This document shows positions 26,140 to 39,781 of a stretch of DNA of 64,000 nt, one piece after another. This stretch comes from Octopus sinensis (Eukaryota), in assembly GCF_006345805.1 (NCBI RefSeq), contig NC_042997.1, positions 151,094,001 through 151,158,000 on the forward strand, written 5' to 3'. The notes beneath the pieces are model-generated. The model was given only the letters and a program-made list of their open reading frames with translations. It did not search any database and had not been told where the DNA came from. Positions within the stretch are counted from its first letter, which is position 1. Every line of letters begins with the position of its first letter. Position numbers and translations under genes: made by a program.

Positions 26140-27021
26140 TCAGATTGGAGAGATTTCGGGTGCTTCTTTAGGCTGTATGTCTCTGGTTACTTTCGGCCCA
26201 AACATAGACAGCTCTATTATGTTGTGGTCCGAAAGAGATGTCGGTGTCACTTTCACACCATGAATGATGTCCATATTGTTCGTGAAGCAGAGGTCCAGAA
26301 TGTTATTCGCCCTAGTTGGCTTGAGTACAACTTGCTCCATGAATAAGGCATTGGTGAGGTTGAGCAGGGACTCCACCTGTACTTGCTTGCAATGATTCAT
26401 TCCTGAGAGTATGTGACCTTCGGGCCATTTGACGTTGGGGAAGTTGAAATCACCCATAAGAAATATGGTCACATGGTGTTCCAGATACATGAGGATTTCT
26501 TTCATTCTTGTGAGGCAATCTTCAAACTTGCCTATGTGATTTGGGGCATCCGGTGGCCAATATGTATTGCATATGACTATATTATGTTGTCTTATGTATA
26601 CAATTAAGGTGTCACATACCGAATTTGAGTATGTCATCAAGACCTGGGCTGTGAGGTCATCTCGGATGTATACAGCAACTCTACCATGGCTCCTTTCCCT
26701 TCTGTCTGTTCGCAGTATGGCATAGTTTGGTATGTGTACTTCTGCGTCCTCTATATCAGGGTTGAGGTGAGTTTCCACAAGTGCTATGCATAGGGCTTGA
26801 TTGCATGCAGTAACATCTCTCAGGAAGGAAATTTTGTTTCTATTTTGATGCAACAGGCCCCCAATATTTAGTAAAAGTATTGGGGTGACGGCTGTGCAGG
26901 CGTTAGGGGAGGCCATCCCGTGTCTGTTGACTGTGGTGGTCTTGCATAGTGGTGGGCAGGGTTCCTTCTCTGTACTTGGTGTAGCCAGGTTAGCTGCCGG
27001 ACAATTCTTTCCGCCATGCAT
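26140..27021 (-). pseudogene. LINE ORF2 APE-type endonuclease
   Basis: LNIGGL, ALVETHL, GDFNFP, PTR..NILDL and SDH motifs. Confidence 0.93.
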
Positions 27022-27362
27022 AAAAAAGACTCTTGCTTAGCTGCTGCGTTGCGCAGAACATCTGAGGAGAGCACTTCGTTTTTGAAAGTTTTCCTGGGAG
27101 ACATTTCTTGTGTTCCCTCGGTAAAGTTTTTCTCTTTGAGTCCCCTGAAGTTCTGGCGGGGTGTCGGGTGGGCGAACCGGCAGTTTTTGCCGTCCTCACC
27201 ATGCCAACATTTGCCCCGCATGTAGAACTTACAGGTTCTTCGGTGCCTTCCAGATTTCAACTTTCCTGAAGTGTACTGGGTGGCATTGGATCCTCCATGG
27301 GGTTCTCTGCTGTTTGAGTGAGGGGTTGGGGTTTCAGCTTTGGTTATTTTGCCTTTTCCTCC
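26868..27362 (-). pseudogene. LINE ORF1 C-terminal part with CCCH-type zinc finger
   Basis: Open frame upstream of and overlapping ORF2, containing CKFYMRGKCWHGEDGKNCRFAH (C-x7-C-x8-C-x3-H). Confidence 0.65.
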
Positions 27363-27464
27363 TTATATATATATTACTTTGATACATACATCATTGTACA
27401 CATTTTTGTGTATTTGCGTACATGTATACAGACACGCATATACACACATGTACACATTACATAC

Positions 27465-27497
<33 letters not shown>

Positions 27498-28180
27498 TGT
27501 ATGTATGTATACGTATATAGATATATGTGGAGAGAAGGGGAGAAAGTGAGAGGTAGAGAGAGAAACAGAGAGTATTACTGTTATTTTTTAAGGATAGAGT
27601 TTCTTTTTTTTTTCATTACCTACTTTATTGTTGTGAAAATTGTCGTTTGTTTTCTCGCGCTATTCTTTTTCACTTGTTCACTCTGCGCGCGTTCAATCTG
27701 CTGTAAGTTGCCTTTTCTTTTAAATAACTTTATACACATTTGCTGATGGCTATCTTACGCTGAAGAGTATTTTTTTCAACTCATTTTCTTCTCATGCTTT
27801 CTCTCATTTTTTGCAGCCTCTTTGGATTTAAAAGAAATAGTGAATGCTCGATTCCAATTCGATTTTGTTCCACCCTAAAGCGTCACACTTAAGAGGATCA
27901 GTGCAGAAAACATTCATTGATTATAAAGTATTTGGGTAAAGTTTCTTATTTTTCTGTTTGGTTGCCTTGTTGGTTAGTTGAACTTTTTCTTATATTTATC
28001 TCTTCTTTCTTCAGTTGCGTATTTCTGTGCGCAAGTTTATTGTGAAAATTGTGTATATACTTTCGCCAGGGTATGTGTCTTCGAGTAAAAGTTGTTTTTG
28101 TCCCTATATGTATTCTGTACCTGTATATATGTGCACATTTACGCATGTGCATAATATATGTGTGTGTGTGTTTGTGTGTG

Positions 28181-28215
<35 letters not shown>

Positions 28216-28424
28216 GTATTTATATATCTATATATACACGCATATATATGTATGTATATATACATATGTATATATGTATATATATATATTGTATGTATAT
28301 ATACACGTATTTATATATATATATATATACACGCATATATATATGTATGTATATATACATATCATATTCATATATATATATATAAATATATATGTATATA
28401 TATATACATACACATACACACACA

Positions 28425-28459
<35 letters not shown>

Positions 28460-29443
28460 CGTGGTATATGACCATGTATAAATATATTCACATATATCTA
28501 TACGCATGCACATAGGTATGCGCATGTATGTGACTGTATGTGATGCTGTTGTTTCTACCTTTGCTTTGTTTTTGCGTTTACAATTGCCTTACTAATTGTC
28601 TTTCTCTTTCTATATGTTCACTGTATAGAAATACGTTCTGTGTGAGCCGAAGTGCTTCCATTGTTGTTACATGTCTTCTCACAGTTAGTTTAATTTAGCA
28701 CATACATCTTTATTTGTGCACCAGTGTATTTTGTGCGCGCGATCTACATCCTAACTCTGTTTCCGTTATCATTTGTTTAAATTTTGTTATTTCTGTGTAT
28801 GTGTGTGCTCGTGTGTGTGTGTGTGTGTGTCTGCATGTATGTGTACGTGCATTTATGTGTTTGCGAGTGTTTGTGCGTATGCTCGTGTCTGTGTGTGTTT
28901 GTGTTTCTGTGTTTGCATGTGTGTACATGAAATTGAATAATGCATGTATTTGTTCTCTTGTTTCCGTGTCAATGGTATTCCAATTTGTTTTCAGGTATGA
29001 TACAGGATTTGTACTAAAGTTTGCATATGTGAGGGCATGTATGCGATCGAATGAAACTGTCGTATGACAGTAGCAACATTTATATTTGTTGATTATAAGG
29101 ACGTAAATTATGTTGATTATATAGATTATAAGGACGTAAATTATATTTCAATATTTCAGTATATCTATCGTTTCTAAGTTATTTTTGCAAACATGGATCT
29201 CCCTTCTTAGTCTATCTGAAAATACATTTTTCATTTGTTTTTATTAGACCAGGCTTCTAGTACTTATTCTATCGGTTTTATTTGTCAACATAAAGAAATC
29301 AACACCGATATTTTAGCGTTGATGGGGGACGGACGCAATTTCCCTCAAACAAATCCACTTAAATTATTAGGTTGGCTCAAGTTTATAGCAAGAGATAGTT
29401 ACCCGTGGTACCTTACGGTGAGATTCAACCACACCTGTGCGTA

Positions 29444-29478
<35 letters not shown>

Positions 29479-29522
29479 ATGTCTGTCTGTCTGTCTGTAC
29501 ATATATACATACATGCATACAT

Positions 29523-29593
<71 letters not shown>

Positions 29594-29849
29594 ATACACA
29601 CACACAGAGGCTTGGCTAAAAGTCACCTGAGAGTAAATCAAAACCATTGAATTACAAGATTTATTTATGTTTAACAACTGAATGAATTTAATAAAAGCAT
29701 CTAAATATGAAACATCATGAAAATTGTTCAAACTGAAGTCCTTGAGCAACACCATTTTTTCAAATGAATAAATAAAATGGAATATTAAGTAATTATGGAG
29801 TTTTGATCTACTGTATATATGGTGATATTCTTTCAGTTTCTGTTCCATC

Positions 29850-29958
29850 AAAAGGCTTTGGCCGGCCCGAAGCTATAGTAGAAAACACTTGCACAAGGTG
29901 CCACGCAGTGGGACTGGACCCGGAACCATAGGGTCGTGAAGCAAGCTACTTACCACAG
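29850..29958 (-). mobile_element. 5' part of a tRNA-derived SINE (third family)
   Basis: Reverse complement tgtggtaagtagcttgc...ggttccgggtccagtcccactgcgtggcacctt, similar to 43900-43970. Confidence 0.7.
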
Positions 29959-30015
29959 AATATTTATATTTCATGTATGCATCTATGTATGTATGTATGT
30001 ATGTATGCATGTATG

Positions 30016-30092
<77 letters not shown>

Positions 30093-30095
30093 GAC

Positions 30096-30145
<50 letters not shown>

Positions 30146-30193
30146 TCTATCTGTCTGTCTGCATCATTCTCTTTCTCGCTTTCTTTATGTCTC

Positions 30194-30230
<37 letters not shown>

Positions 30231-31632
30231 AAATAGATAGACAAACAGATATAGAGATAGAGAGAGATATGAAATACAAATAAATATGTATAACAAGCGC
30301 AAGGTATGTATGTATGCATGCATATATGTGTGTATATATATAACAAGTGGAAGTATTATGCACACAAACATTAGAGACAATATCTTTGTGTCAAGTTACC
30401 TCATAATAGATCAGTGATATTTTAAGTAGTCTTACTAGGTACATTTCATAGTCGTACAAGTACGAAATAGTTTCATTCATTAAAATAAAGTTATTTCATT
30501 TGTTTATAAATAAGCTTGTTTCGTATTGTTTGTGTTGTTTTTCTCTGTGCACAAATAACTTTTTTTACATATGAATTTGCTTTGCATTTTATAGCTTGAA
30601 AATATCTTTGCTTTGCAATATTAGGAGGGCACCAAATAATATTGCTTTGGAAGGATTCTGACCGCCACTATATAACTAAAAGTGGAGTGACACATTTCAA
30701 TGAAACGAAGAAGTGTCCAGTTGATAGTAGCAATTGAATGTGAGCAGTTAACAGAGGGCGTTGAGCCTCGTGTAACATTAATCGTATTGAGTCGTGCGAA
30801 TACTTTCTATCCCTCCACTTCGTTAAATTATTAATGTGGCAACAGGATACAAAAGTGGCGACGAGGATGAGATTCCCATGGAAATATTGTACGACACTTT
30901 TGAGGTACCAACACCCAAACAAATTGAAACAACAGGTTCAAGCACCAGAAAAAGGAACAGAAAGAGCAGTAAACAGAGAGAATCGAGCTTCATATAACAG
31001 TAATCGTCTTGCATCGTCTGAATACTCCTGATTCGTTAAATTATTTATCCAACACCAGGAAATATAAAAATACGCATACATTTTAGTTACGTCATGCCTT
31101 TCAGAATTCAAATACTGCTGAAGTTGCGCTTGCATGTCATAAGGATTAACAGCTGTTGAAATACTCATCTCTATATGATTTGCAAGCGCCATCCATTACA
31201 AGGTTTAGGTTTGAAACTTTGTTAGAAACAGTTTTAGTTACATACTTCCATAGTAGGATTTTCTTATTATTTTCTTAACATACAAATATATCTTTTCAGT
31301 TCTAATCATGACAATTGAATACGAGTCACTTTTAGTTCTCTTCAGGTAAGATTTAAAATTTTGAGTTGTATCTCATGTTCGTAATTCTATAATGTTTATT
31401 TTCTCTATCTGAAACCTGTTGCTTTTATAAGTTTTCTATCTAGATATATGTCATTGTTTACAGTTTTGTTCTTCGTTTTCGTATCACTCGTATGCTCGAT
31501 GGAGACACATAATTGAATAATGCTTCCATCTGAGCCCATGCAGGCATCGTAGAATGCATAGAGGTAAGACGAATTTGCTCATAAATGTGAAGTGACTCAC
31601 AAATCGGTAACCGTTTTCTAACTACAAACATG

Positions 31633-31815
31633 TTTTCTTCTTCTTCTTCTTCTTCTTCTCTTCTTCTTCTTCTTCTTCTTCTTCTTCTTCTTCTCTTTTC
31701 TTCTTCTTCTTCTCTTCTTCTTCTTCTTCTTCTTCTTCTTCTTCTTCTTCTCTTCTTCTTCTTCTTCTCTCTCCCCCTCTCTTCTTCTTCTTCTTCTTCG
31801 TCTCCTCCTCCTCCT
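31633..31815. repeat. (CTT)n microsatellite ((GAA)n counterpart at 55610-55686)
   Basis: Directly visible. Confidence 0.95.
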
Positions 31816-33763
31816 TCTTCCCTCGCCCCTTCTCTCTTTCTCTTTCCCCCCTCTCTATCTCTGTCCTTCATACCACCATTGTAGTGTTTTCTACTCGTCG
31901 AAGGTGGCTTGCTCGAACAGCATTCAAATTCTTTCAATTCAATCCTATATTCTTCTCCTCTAAATAAAGTGTCTACTTATCAAGCTCTTCAGCATCATCT
32001 ACGATTTTTTGGAACTTGTGGCTTGATTATTCTATTTTTCTTTGCCCATGAAAAGCTTAATAGAAAAGTTAACCGGTTCGGTAAAACTGGTATGGAAACG
32101 AAAGAAGGGGTAAATAAATAAGTAATCGTAGATTTATTCAGCAGATATGCTGGCTGGGTCAAACAAAAACAAAGGAATAAACAGCGGATATAAGTAGTTT
32201 TTCTGATAAAAAAAAATTATGTTCACTTGCACTGACAGTACAGGGTTAAATTACCTTCCCTGATTCTTGCAGGTATTTTTTTTTTTTTTTGCAGTTAACT
32301 TATTGCTTTAGTTTAGAGGTGTACCACCGTACCCAATGTCCAGAAGCATTGATTCCTTTTGGAAGTTTTTTCAGCAATCAATCTGTACAATGGTACAAAG
32401 TTTTGTTTTTAATTGCTGCTGTAATTTATGCCCGATCGCTAATTTACAACTCATTTATGTATTAATATTTTAATATCATCTACCTGATGACGAGTATCTT
32501 TTCTGTCTGACTGAGAATATTTGACATCATTGCTAAATAAATTATCTGCTACTAGATATTTAGAATCGCTTGTGCTATTTTTTCCCTTCGGATAAAAGTA
32601 TTACCTCCAACTCTAGTATCAGTAATGTTTGTGTTTGCTTTCTGGAGTTAGTGAAAGCAATTATTATAGTTTGTGTTTATTGATAAATTACTTTAATCAT
32701 AAATCGAGGGCTTTATCAATATCAGGAATGTTCCACTCGCATAGTGTGTTGATATTTTACTTAATTCGTAACTGATTATGCTGGGCCATGATTGAAATGT
32801 TATTGTAAATTTTTCCTATTCAATTGCCGTTCCATTCTATTGTACCACTGGTAGGGTAGGCGGGTGTATGTTATTGTTAATAATAATAGTATTAATGCAG
32901 ATTATACTTCCCAATTCTTTTTTCTAATCTATTGTGCTTCTGGATTATGATTTATTAAAGAAAGTATTATTAGAGTTGATGCATATTATTTTTGTTATTT
33001 TTGTTGTTGTTAGTGATTGTGTCGTTGGGTTGATGGCGGTGGTTATTTTAAAATCTTCATCAATATCAATATTAACAATGTTTGCTTTCATCAGTTACTG
33101 TAACCCTACACACACAGACTCACACATGGACACATTTTTATACATGCAAACACATTTCTATTTACAATGACAAAAAGACAAAGACATGATATTTACGCAC
33201 TTACACCCCTACCAATGCACACACAAAATATATGGATATTCGTGTATGTATGAGGGAGAGAAAGTGCGAGTTTGTATTTAAGTTTTTGTTTTCATTCCAG
33301 GCCAATGCAATGCATACATCACTCGCGTCTTTCGAGAAGCCAGTGCATATAAATACAATTGCATTCGCTATATTTATCAGCTGTATGCACAAAGCGCACC
33401 GTAGAAGAATATGAGCTAGTACACAATTTTTTTTAAAGTCTTATTTGCTTTTTCTTGTCCATATTCAAACAAGACCAGATAATAATTTTCTCTTTGCATT
33501 CAGAGTTTCATTTTTAGCATGCCACAATACGCAACTGTTTGTTTTCTGTTTATGATGATGATGATGATGATGGTTTCCAATTCACAAATAATAATAAAAA
33601 ATAATGATACTTATACTAATAATAATAATGATAACAATAATCATAATAATAATGATAATAATAATAAGTAATGATATTAATGATGATGATGATAATAACA
33701 ATTAATGAAATTAATGATAATAGTAATGATGATTAGAATCCGTATTGTTGTCATAGTAGTAGT

Positions 33764-33801
<38 letters not shown>

Positions 33802-33820
33802 TGTACTGGTGGTGGTGGTG

Positions 33821-33889
<69 letters not shown>

Positions 33890-34694
33890 TATTAAGTCTT
33901 ATGTATTTTGCTTTTCTATTATCATAGTTTATGCTATTTGTAACCAATCATTGTCCGTTCGAGTTGGTAAGGAAGTCTATGACGCACTCAATCTTTATAT
34001 AAATAATTCTTCCTCTTCCTCGCCATCGTCTTATTACTAATGATGTTGTTGTTGTTCATGATACTGCTGCTGCTGCTGCTGATGTTGTGGTTGCTGTAAT
34101 TGTTGCGGTTGTTTTTGAAGTTATGGTAATAATCGTCGTCGTCGTAGGCATCGTCATCATCATCATCATCGTCATCGTAAACAGTAGCAGCTGCCAAAGC
34201 GACGTTGTCTTATCAACATCACTGTATTCATAGTCACGGTAATTGTATAAATGATGATTTATGTTACAAGAGAAAACTTTTCATGGTTATAATTTTTATA
34301 TCATATATTTTCTTTCTTATTTCCTTGTATTGTTATATCGATCAATTTCATATTCTAAAGCTATAACAACTCAGCCACATCGGTGGTTCGATTTTATAAA
34401 CAGCACACACAAACGCAAATACGCACACATACATACCTATATATAATATTATAATCCAAATGTTACATTTCCCCAATACATATAAGTGAATGACTAAGAA
34501 TAGATATTTATGTACTAGGTGTGGTAAAAGAGGCCGATCCGCTAAGTTAAAAAGCCTTGGTAGATAACATTTATACTCATTATATTTTTTAGTTGCAAAT
34601 CACTATTATTTGAAGAAGATCTTGCGGAAAAGGTGTTGTTGTTGTTGTTGTTGTTGTTAAGCAACAAGACGGGTAAGGGTGATTAGGTGATGGT

Positions 34695-34849
34695 CTAGGG
34701 CTTAGGGGCGGGAGTCTCCAGACCTTTGAAAAAAACAACTTTGGTCGTCTTGTTGTAGTCAAGGGTTCTTCGTTGACGCCCGACACCACTGGGAGGTGGC
34801 CCTCGAAATCGTTGGAAATGGAGATCTCCAGGTCCATATTTTTGAACGA
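34695..34849 (-). other. Candidate terminal coding exon
   Basis: GC-richer island after a ttttccag| acceptor, reading VQKYGPGDLHFQRFRGPPPSGVGRQRRTLDYNKTTKVVFFKGLETPAPKP*. A second frame (MDLEISIS...) is also open. Confidence 0.3.
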
Positions 34850-35226
34850 CTGGAAAATATGTTGGAGATGCTAGGCTACCATCGAGTAGGTTCCTCTGCC
34901 TTTATGCTAAGAAATTGATGTTTTTGAAAGAAGAACGAAGTGTAGTGCAAAATGATATTCAAACTGTATCCACAACAACTGACTTAAATTTATATCAAAA
35001 CGTTGGCATACATTGAGCAAATTTTTCAAGTTTGTGCTAGCATCGATAGTATTTGAAGAGGCATCCCCAAAATTACATGAATTCATAATGGTCACACCAT
35101 AGAAATTTCATAATTACATAATGACCTTAGTTCCTACAATGACCTACCAAATATATTATAGGGTATAAAAATAATAATAAAAACATTTTAAAAACCGTCG
35201 GAGAAACGTTTCATTACGGAAGTAGT

Positions 35227-35265
<39 letters not shown>

Positions 35266-35632
35266 CGACGACGACGACGACGATGACGATTATGATGTCG
35301 TTGATGACGATAAAGAATGGTGATAATGATGGTTTCATAATGGTGATGGGGTTGTTCTGCATGGCCGAAAATATTCCTCCCAATAAATCTGCCTCAACAG
35401 TGAGTAGCATTTTTAGTGCCGTATCTTTTACTGTATCGTTATATGTTCTCTCCAAATGTTTTATGTATTCATTAGATTACTGCGTGTGATAAGGAATTGA
35501 TAATTTCGAGGCAAAGCGTTGACTTATTTGAAATCTATCCGAAATTTTTATATTATAAATTTCTACATTACGACTACAGCAAGATATCTAGTAGCTGGAA
35601 AGTTCCTATCAAAGAAATCGTCACACCTATAT

Positions 35633-35693
<61 letters not shown>

Positions 35694-35712
35694 CGTACAT
35701 ACATATATACAT

Positions 35713-35779
<67 letters not shown>

Positions 35780-35890
35780 ATATAAATATATACCCATGCG
35801 CGCTCATACTCACACTCACACACGCGCTCACACACATACGCATACACACACCACACACATATGTATGTATATATATATATATTATATATA

Positions 35891-35923
<33 letters not shown>

Positions 35924-36459
35924 CTACTATGGGTGTAGGTAAGTGTTTTACATTTTCTTTGGGTGTATATCTACCAGCAGGTGCGTGTGTGTGTTAATAT
36001 CGGCGTATAGTTTAGTAATGGTAAGTTTTGAAAAGTTATGTTAAGTATTATACAATAACACACTGCTTCGGCTAACTATAAAGTATTCTACTGGAGTATT
36101 CTTTCCAAGAATGAGTAGGCTTCCGTGTGGCTTTGGAAATATTTACGTCTCCCTGCACAGAAAGAAAATATTTTCATAAATGTAATACGTAATAAAAACC
36201 TTGCTCATAAAATCATATCGTTTTGCAGATGATATTCGAGATGATACTAAAATTTTGTACTTAAAAATATTTTTACGCGAATATACGAAAGGAATTTGAA
36301 GAGCAGCAGATAATAATTGACGAAAACTTTTCAAATGTCAAAATGGTATATTTTTAACACAAAAATATTATAACAACTACAGCAATAACTACAACAAAAA
36401 TATCAACGAAAATAGTAATTTTAGCAGCCGTAGGGGAAGCAGCAGCAGCAGTAGCAACG

Positions 36460-36519
<60 letters not shown>

Positions 36520-37494
36520 ACAATAATAATACCTAAATAATAATGAAGATATATAGAATATATACGATAAATAAATATTTAAATTCAAATTTGAAATGAG
36601 AGATCTTTTTTCATCTACATACACAGAGCTACTAAAAAGGAACATGTATATAAGAATAAAAGTATATAGTCATGTTCCAAGAAAGAAATAGATTTTTTTT
36701 TTTTTGTAAGCTAGCAAATGAAAAAAAATTATACACATCATTCTATGGCGAAAAATGATGTTCATGACTTTTCTGCATGTAATTTACAGATATAGTTAAT
36801 ATTTTATAGATTTCACTTTGAGTCGAACACGTACATATCTGTGTGTGTGTGTGTGTGTGTGTATGTGTGTGTGTGTGTATGCCTTTGTGTATGTGTGTGT
36901 ATGTCTGTGTGTGTGTGAAATGAAATAGCAAACGTAACGCTGGTTCTAAAAGGGTACTTGATATTCCCTATAATTTTGAATAAAATAAAATTGAGCAATA
37001 CCTCCTGTAACAGTACATTCTTGAAAAAACCCATTCATTTATTCTGCTGCATTCCATCAAATAAATATTGACTTCTAAATTAATTACAAGGTGAAAATTT
37101 GACGTAGAGGGAACATTAGATTATACGGAGTCAGCTATTTGACTAAATCTCATTTTTTTTTGGGGGGGGGACATCAAAATAATGATAGGCAAACATGCAC
37201 TCAACAGGGTTCGAACTGAGAAAATTTAGAAATGCATTTACAAACTACCAGGTATGTTGTTCCTCACTCAATCGATTTTTTTTTTCAACATAACACCTAT
37301 CAAATAATTATTGATATTAGCTGATTAAATGGAAGCCAGTCTTTGATTTGGAGATACAAACATGAATGTATTTATTCAAGCATAGTTCTGGTACATGCTT
37401 TATCGCAGCTGAAAGGAAATCAAAAACAATGTATATAAATCTAAATGTCTACAAGTCGCAATGTAAATAGCTGAAAATGTATATTGTAAATGCT

Positions 37495-37584
<90 letters not shown>

Positions 37585-37944
37585 CCCGTGTTCCGTGAAC
37601 TATATTTTGTTTTGCAAACATTTTCATAAGTATTAGAATATATACGCATGGAAAGAAACGCATGATGAATTCATGTTATGTTGAGTAAATATGTAAATAT
37701 GGATTCAGAATAACGTGTCTCCCAAATAAGATTTCTATTGTTATATTTGGGTGATAATTGATCTCAAGAATTTACGACCATTGCGCATACAAACACTTCC
37801 AGTCCATATCACATAAAGCACATATTCTTCTACGTCAAATATATGAATAACTTACCCGCTATTTCTTAATCTATTTCTTAACACTATAATCAGATGTTCC
37901 ACCAATAAGTTGAAATTTTAACATTGCACGTACGTGTAGACGTC

Positions 37945-38732
37945 TACGAGGGGCGTTCAATAAGTAATGCCCCTGACCCACTTCCCATAGCAGTAGAGCA
38001 ACGAAACTTGGCACAGTTATTAGTCTTTTTCTACATAGGAACCACCCAGAGTTACGCATTTCTCCCATTGCTTGATGCAGCTCTGGAGACCGTTTTTGTA
38101 GAATACCCCAGCTTGGTCCTCCAACCTGAACGTGACTTCAGAAATCAGGGCTGCATCATCTGGGAAACGCTTTCCTTTCAAAAACAACTTCATGACTGGG
38201 AAGAGGTGAAAATCAGAGGGTGCAAGGTCAGGAAAGTAGGGGGATGGGGGAGGAATTCATAGCCATACGCCTGTGCTTCTGATCTGGCGACACGCGAGTT
38301 GTGGACCGGAGCGTTGTCCTGCAGGAGGAGGATGCCTTTGCTGATCTTGCCCCGCCTCTTGATTTTGATAACTTCTCTTAATTTCCTCAAAAGTGAAGCA
38401 TAATAGGCTCCTGCAATTGTTGTACCCTTTGCCAGGAAATCTGTCATCACTACTCCGTCCTGGTCCCAGAAAACTGTGAGCATGACCTTTCCAGCGGAGG
38501 GCTTCACCCTTGCCTTCTTTGGAGGGGGTGAGTCACGGTGCTTCCACTGCATTGACTGGGCTTTGGTCTCTGGATCATCGTGATGGACCCAGGTTTCATC
38601 CTGTGTAATCAGTCTTTTGAAAAATTTTGACTCATCTTCTTGGCACATCTCCAAATTCACCCTCGAGCACTCGACGCGTTCTTGCTTCAGGAAAGGTGTG
38701 AGCAACCTGGGAATCCATCTGGCAGACACCTT
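37945..38732 (-). mobile_element. Mariner transposon 3' half (DD34D) with TIR
   Basis: KVSARWIP, ITQDETWVHH, KVMLTVFWD, LQDNAPVH and frameshifted YFPDLAPSDFHLF motifs. TA-cgaggggcgttcaataagt terminus. Confidence 0.92.
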
Positions 38733-39781
38733 TGGATACATCTATGAAAAGTCGCCAGTTGGCTTTATCATATGGTGTTTCCAGTTGCTCAAAAAGTTCA
38801 GTGATGTCATTACAAAAGCATAAGTCATCCTTCATGGCGAATAATGCAAGCAGATCCTCTGTACGTGTTCTATAGTGTTATCTTCACTCCTTTTTCTCAA
38901 GGAGATTACATTCTTGAAGCCTTGATGTCAGAAACTCAATTTTCTCTTTGGTTAAATAGAGAGCTCTGCACAAGTCATTTAGAGCTTCTTGAGAAAATGG
39001 TATTGGTTTATTCTCACTTTTTGGATCACCACTGGAATGTTCATCATCACTGCTAGAACTGCATTTCTTGATCTGGAGGTTAGGGCAAAAGTAAATTTTC
39101 TGAGTGCTCTATTGGCGCATTGCTGATTGCAAATTTGGGTAAACAATATGTTCCTTTTTCTTTGCTGTAGTACAGCCTGTAAAGTCACGGTGTGAGAAAT
39201 AGCAATCATTAGAAGATATTTCTGCTCCCGCCAAATCATTGGCACACCAAACTTCATGTGAACATTTTTCCTGCATACCAGGCACCCAATGTCTTCACAC
39301 ATGTAAGGCAACACACATGAGGAGCCCATGACATCCTGGTCTCCTAAGTAACAATCGAAGTACGCCTTGTATATTTTCTTGATATGGCATGTAATACTGC
39401 GCTTTTCTTTAGCAAAAGTCAATTCCCCACAGATAGAACAGAATCTGTTTGTATCATTTTTGCACTGTCTTGCACTCATTGTTAAAAACAAATAAGATCT
39501 GCACAATAACAAAAATAACATTAAAATTAAACACAAGCTTTGAATCACATTGTAGGTGTTACTAAGATTGGTCTCTAACCCTCGGTTGAAACTCATTTTA
39601 CAATGCGGTACAGAAATTTGTTTTAATAATAATGACAAAAAGGGTATACGGGTATACGGGGACTCTTTTGTAGAAACCATGTCTAATTTAACAAAAAGAA
39701 GGCCAGAAATGGATTTCCCACGTCGTTTTGCATATAAAAATGGCCACATATTTCTTGTACTTTTATGAGTGTTGCACAGTG
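38733..39781 (-). mobile_element. Chapaev3-like (CMC) DNA transposon 5' half
   Basis: MSARQCKNDTNRFCSICGE...YFDCYLGDQD...FGVPMIWRE...WRLFIDVSK motifs and a 5' terminus CACTGTGCAAC. Family assignment is from motif recall. Confidence 0.65.

Larger units (their letters stand above)
23857..27362 (-). mobile_element. CR1/L2-group LINE, 5'-truncated within ORF1, ORF2 frameshifted
   Basis: APE endonuclease and RT ORFs in the expected order, 3' UTR, and poly(A) tail at 23857-23867. Confidence 0.95.

Noticed and set aside
25313-26607. Plus-strand ORFs overlapping the LINE
   Set aside because: Antisense shadows of the LINE coding sequence.
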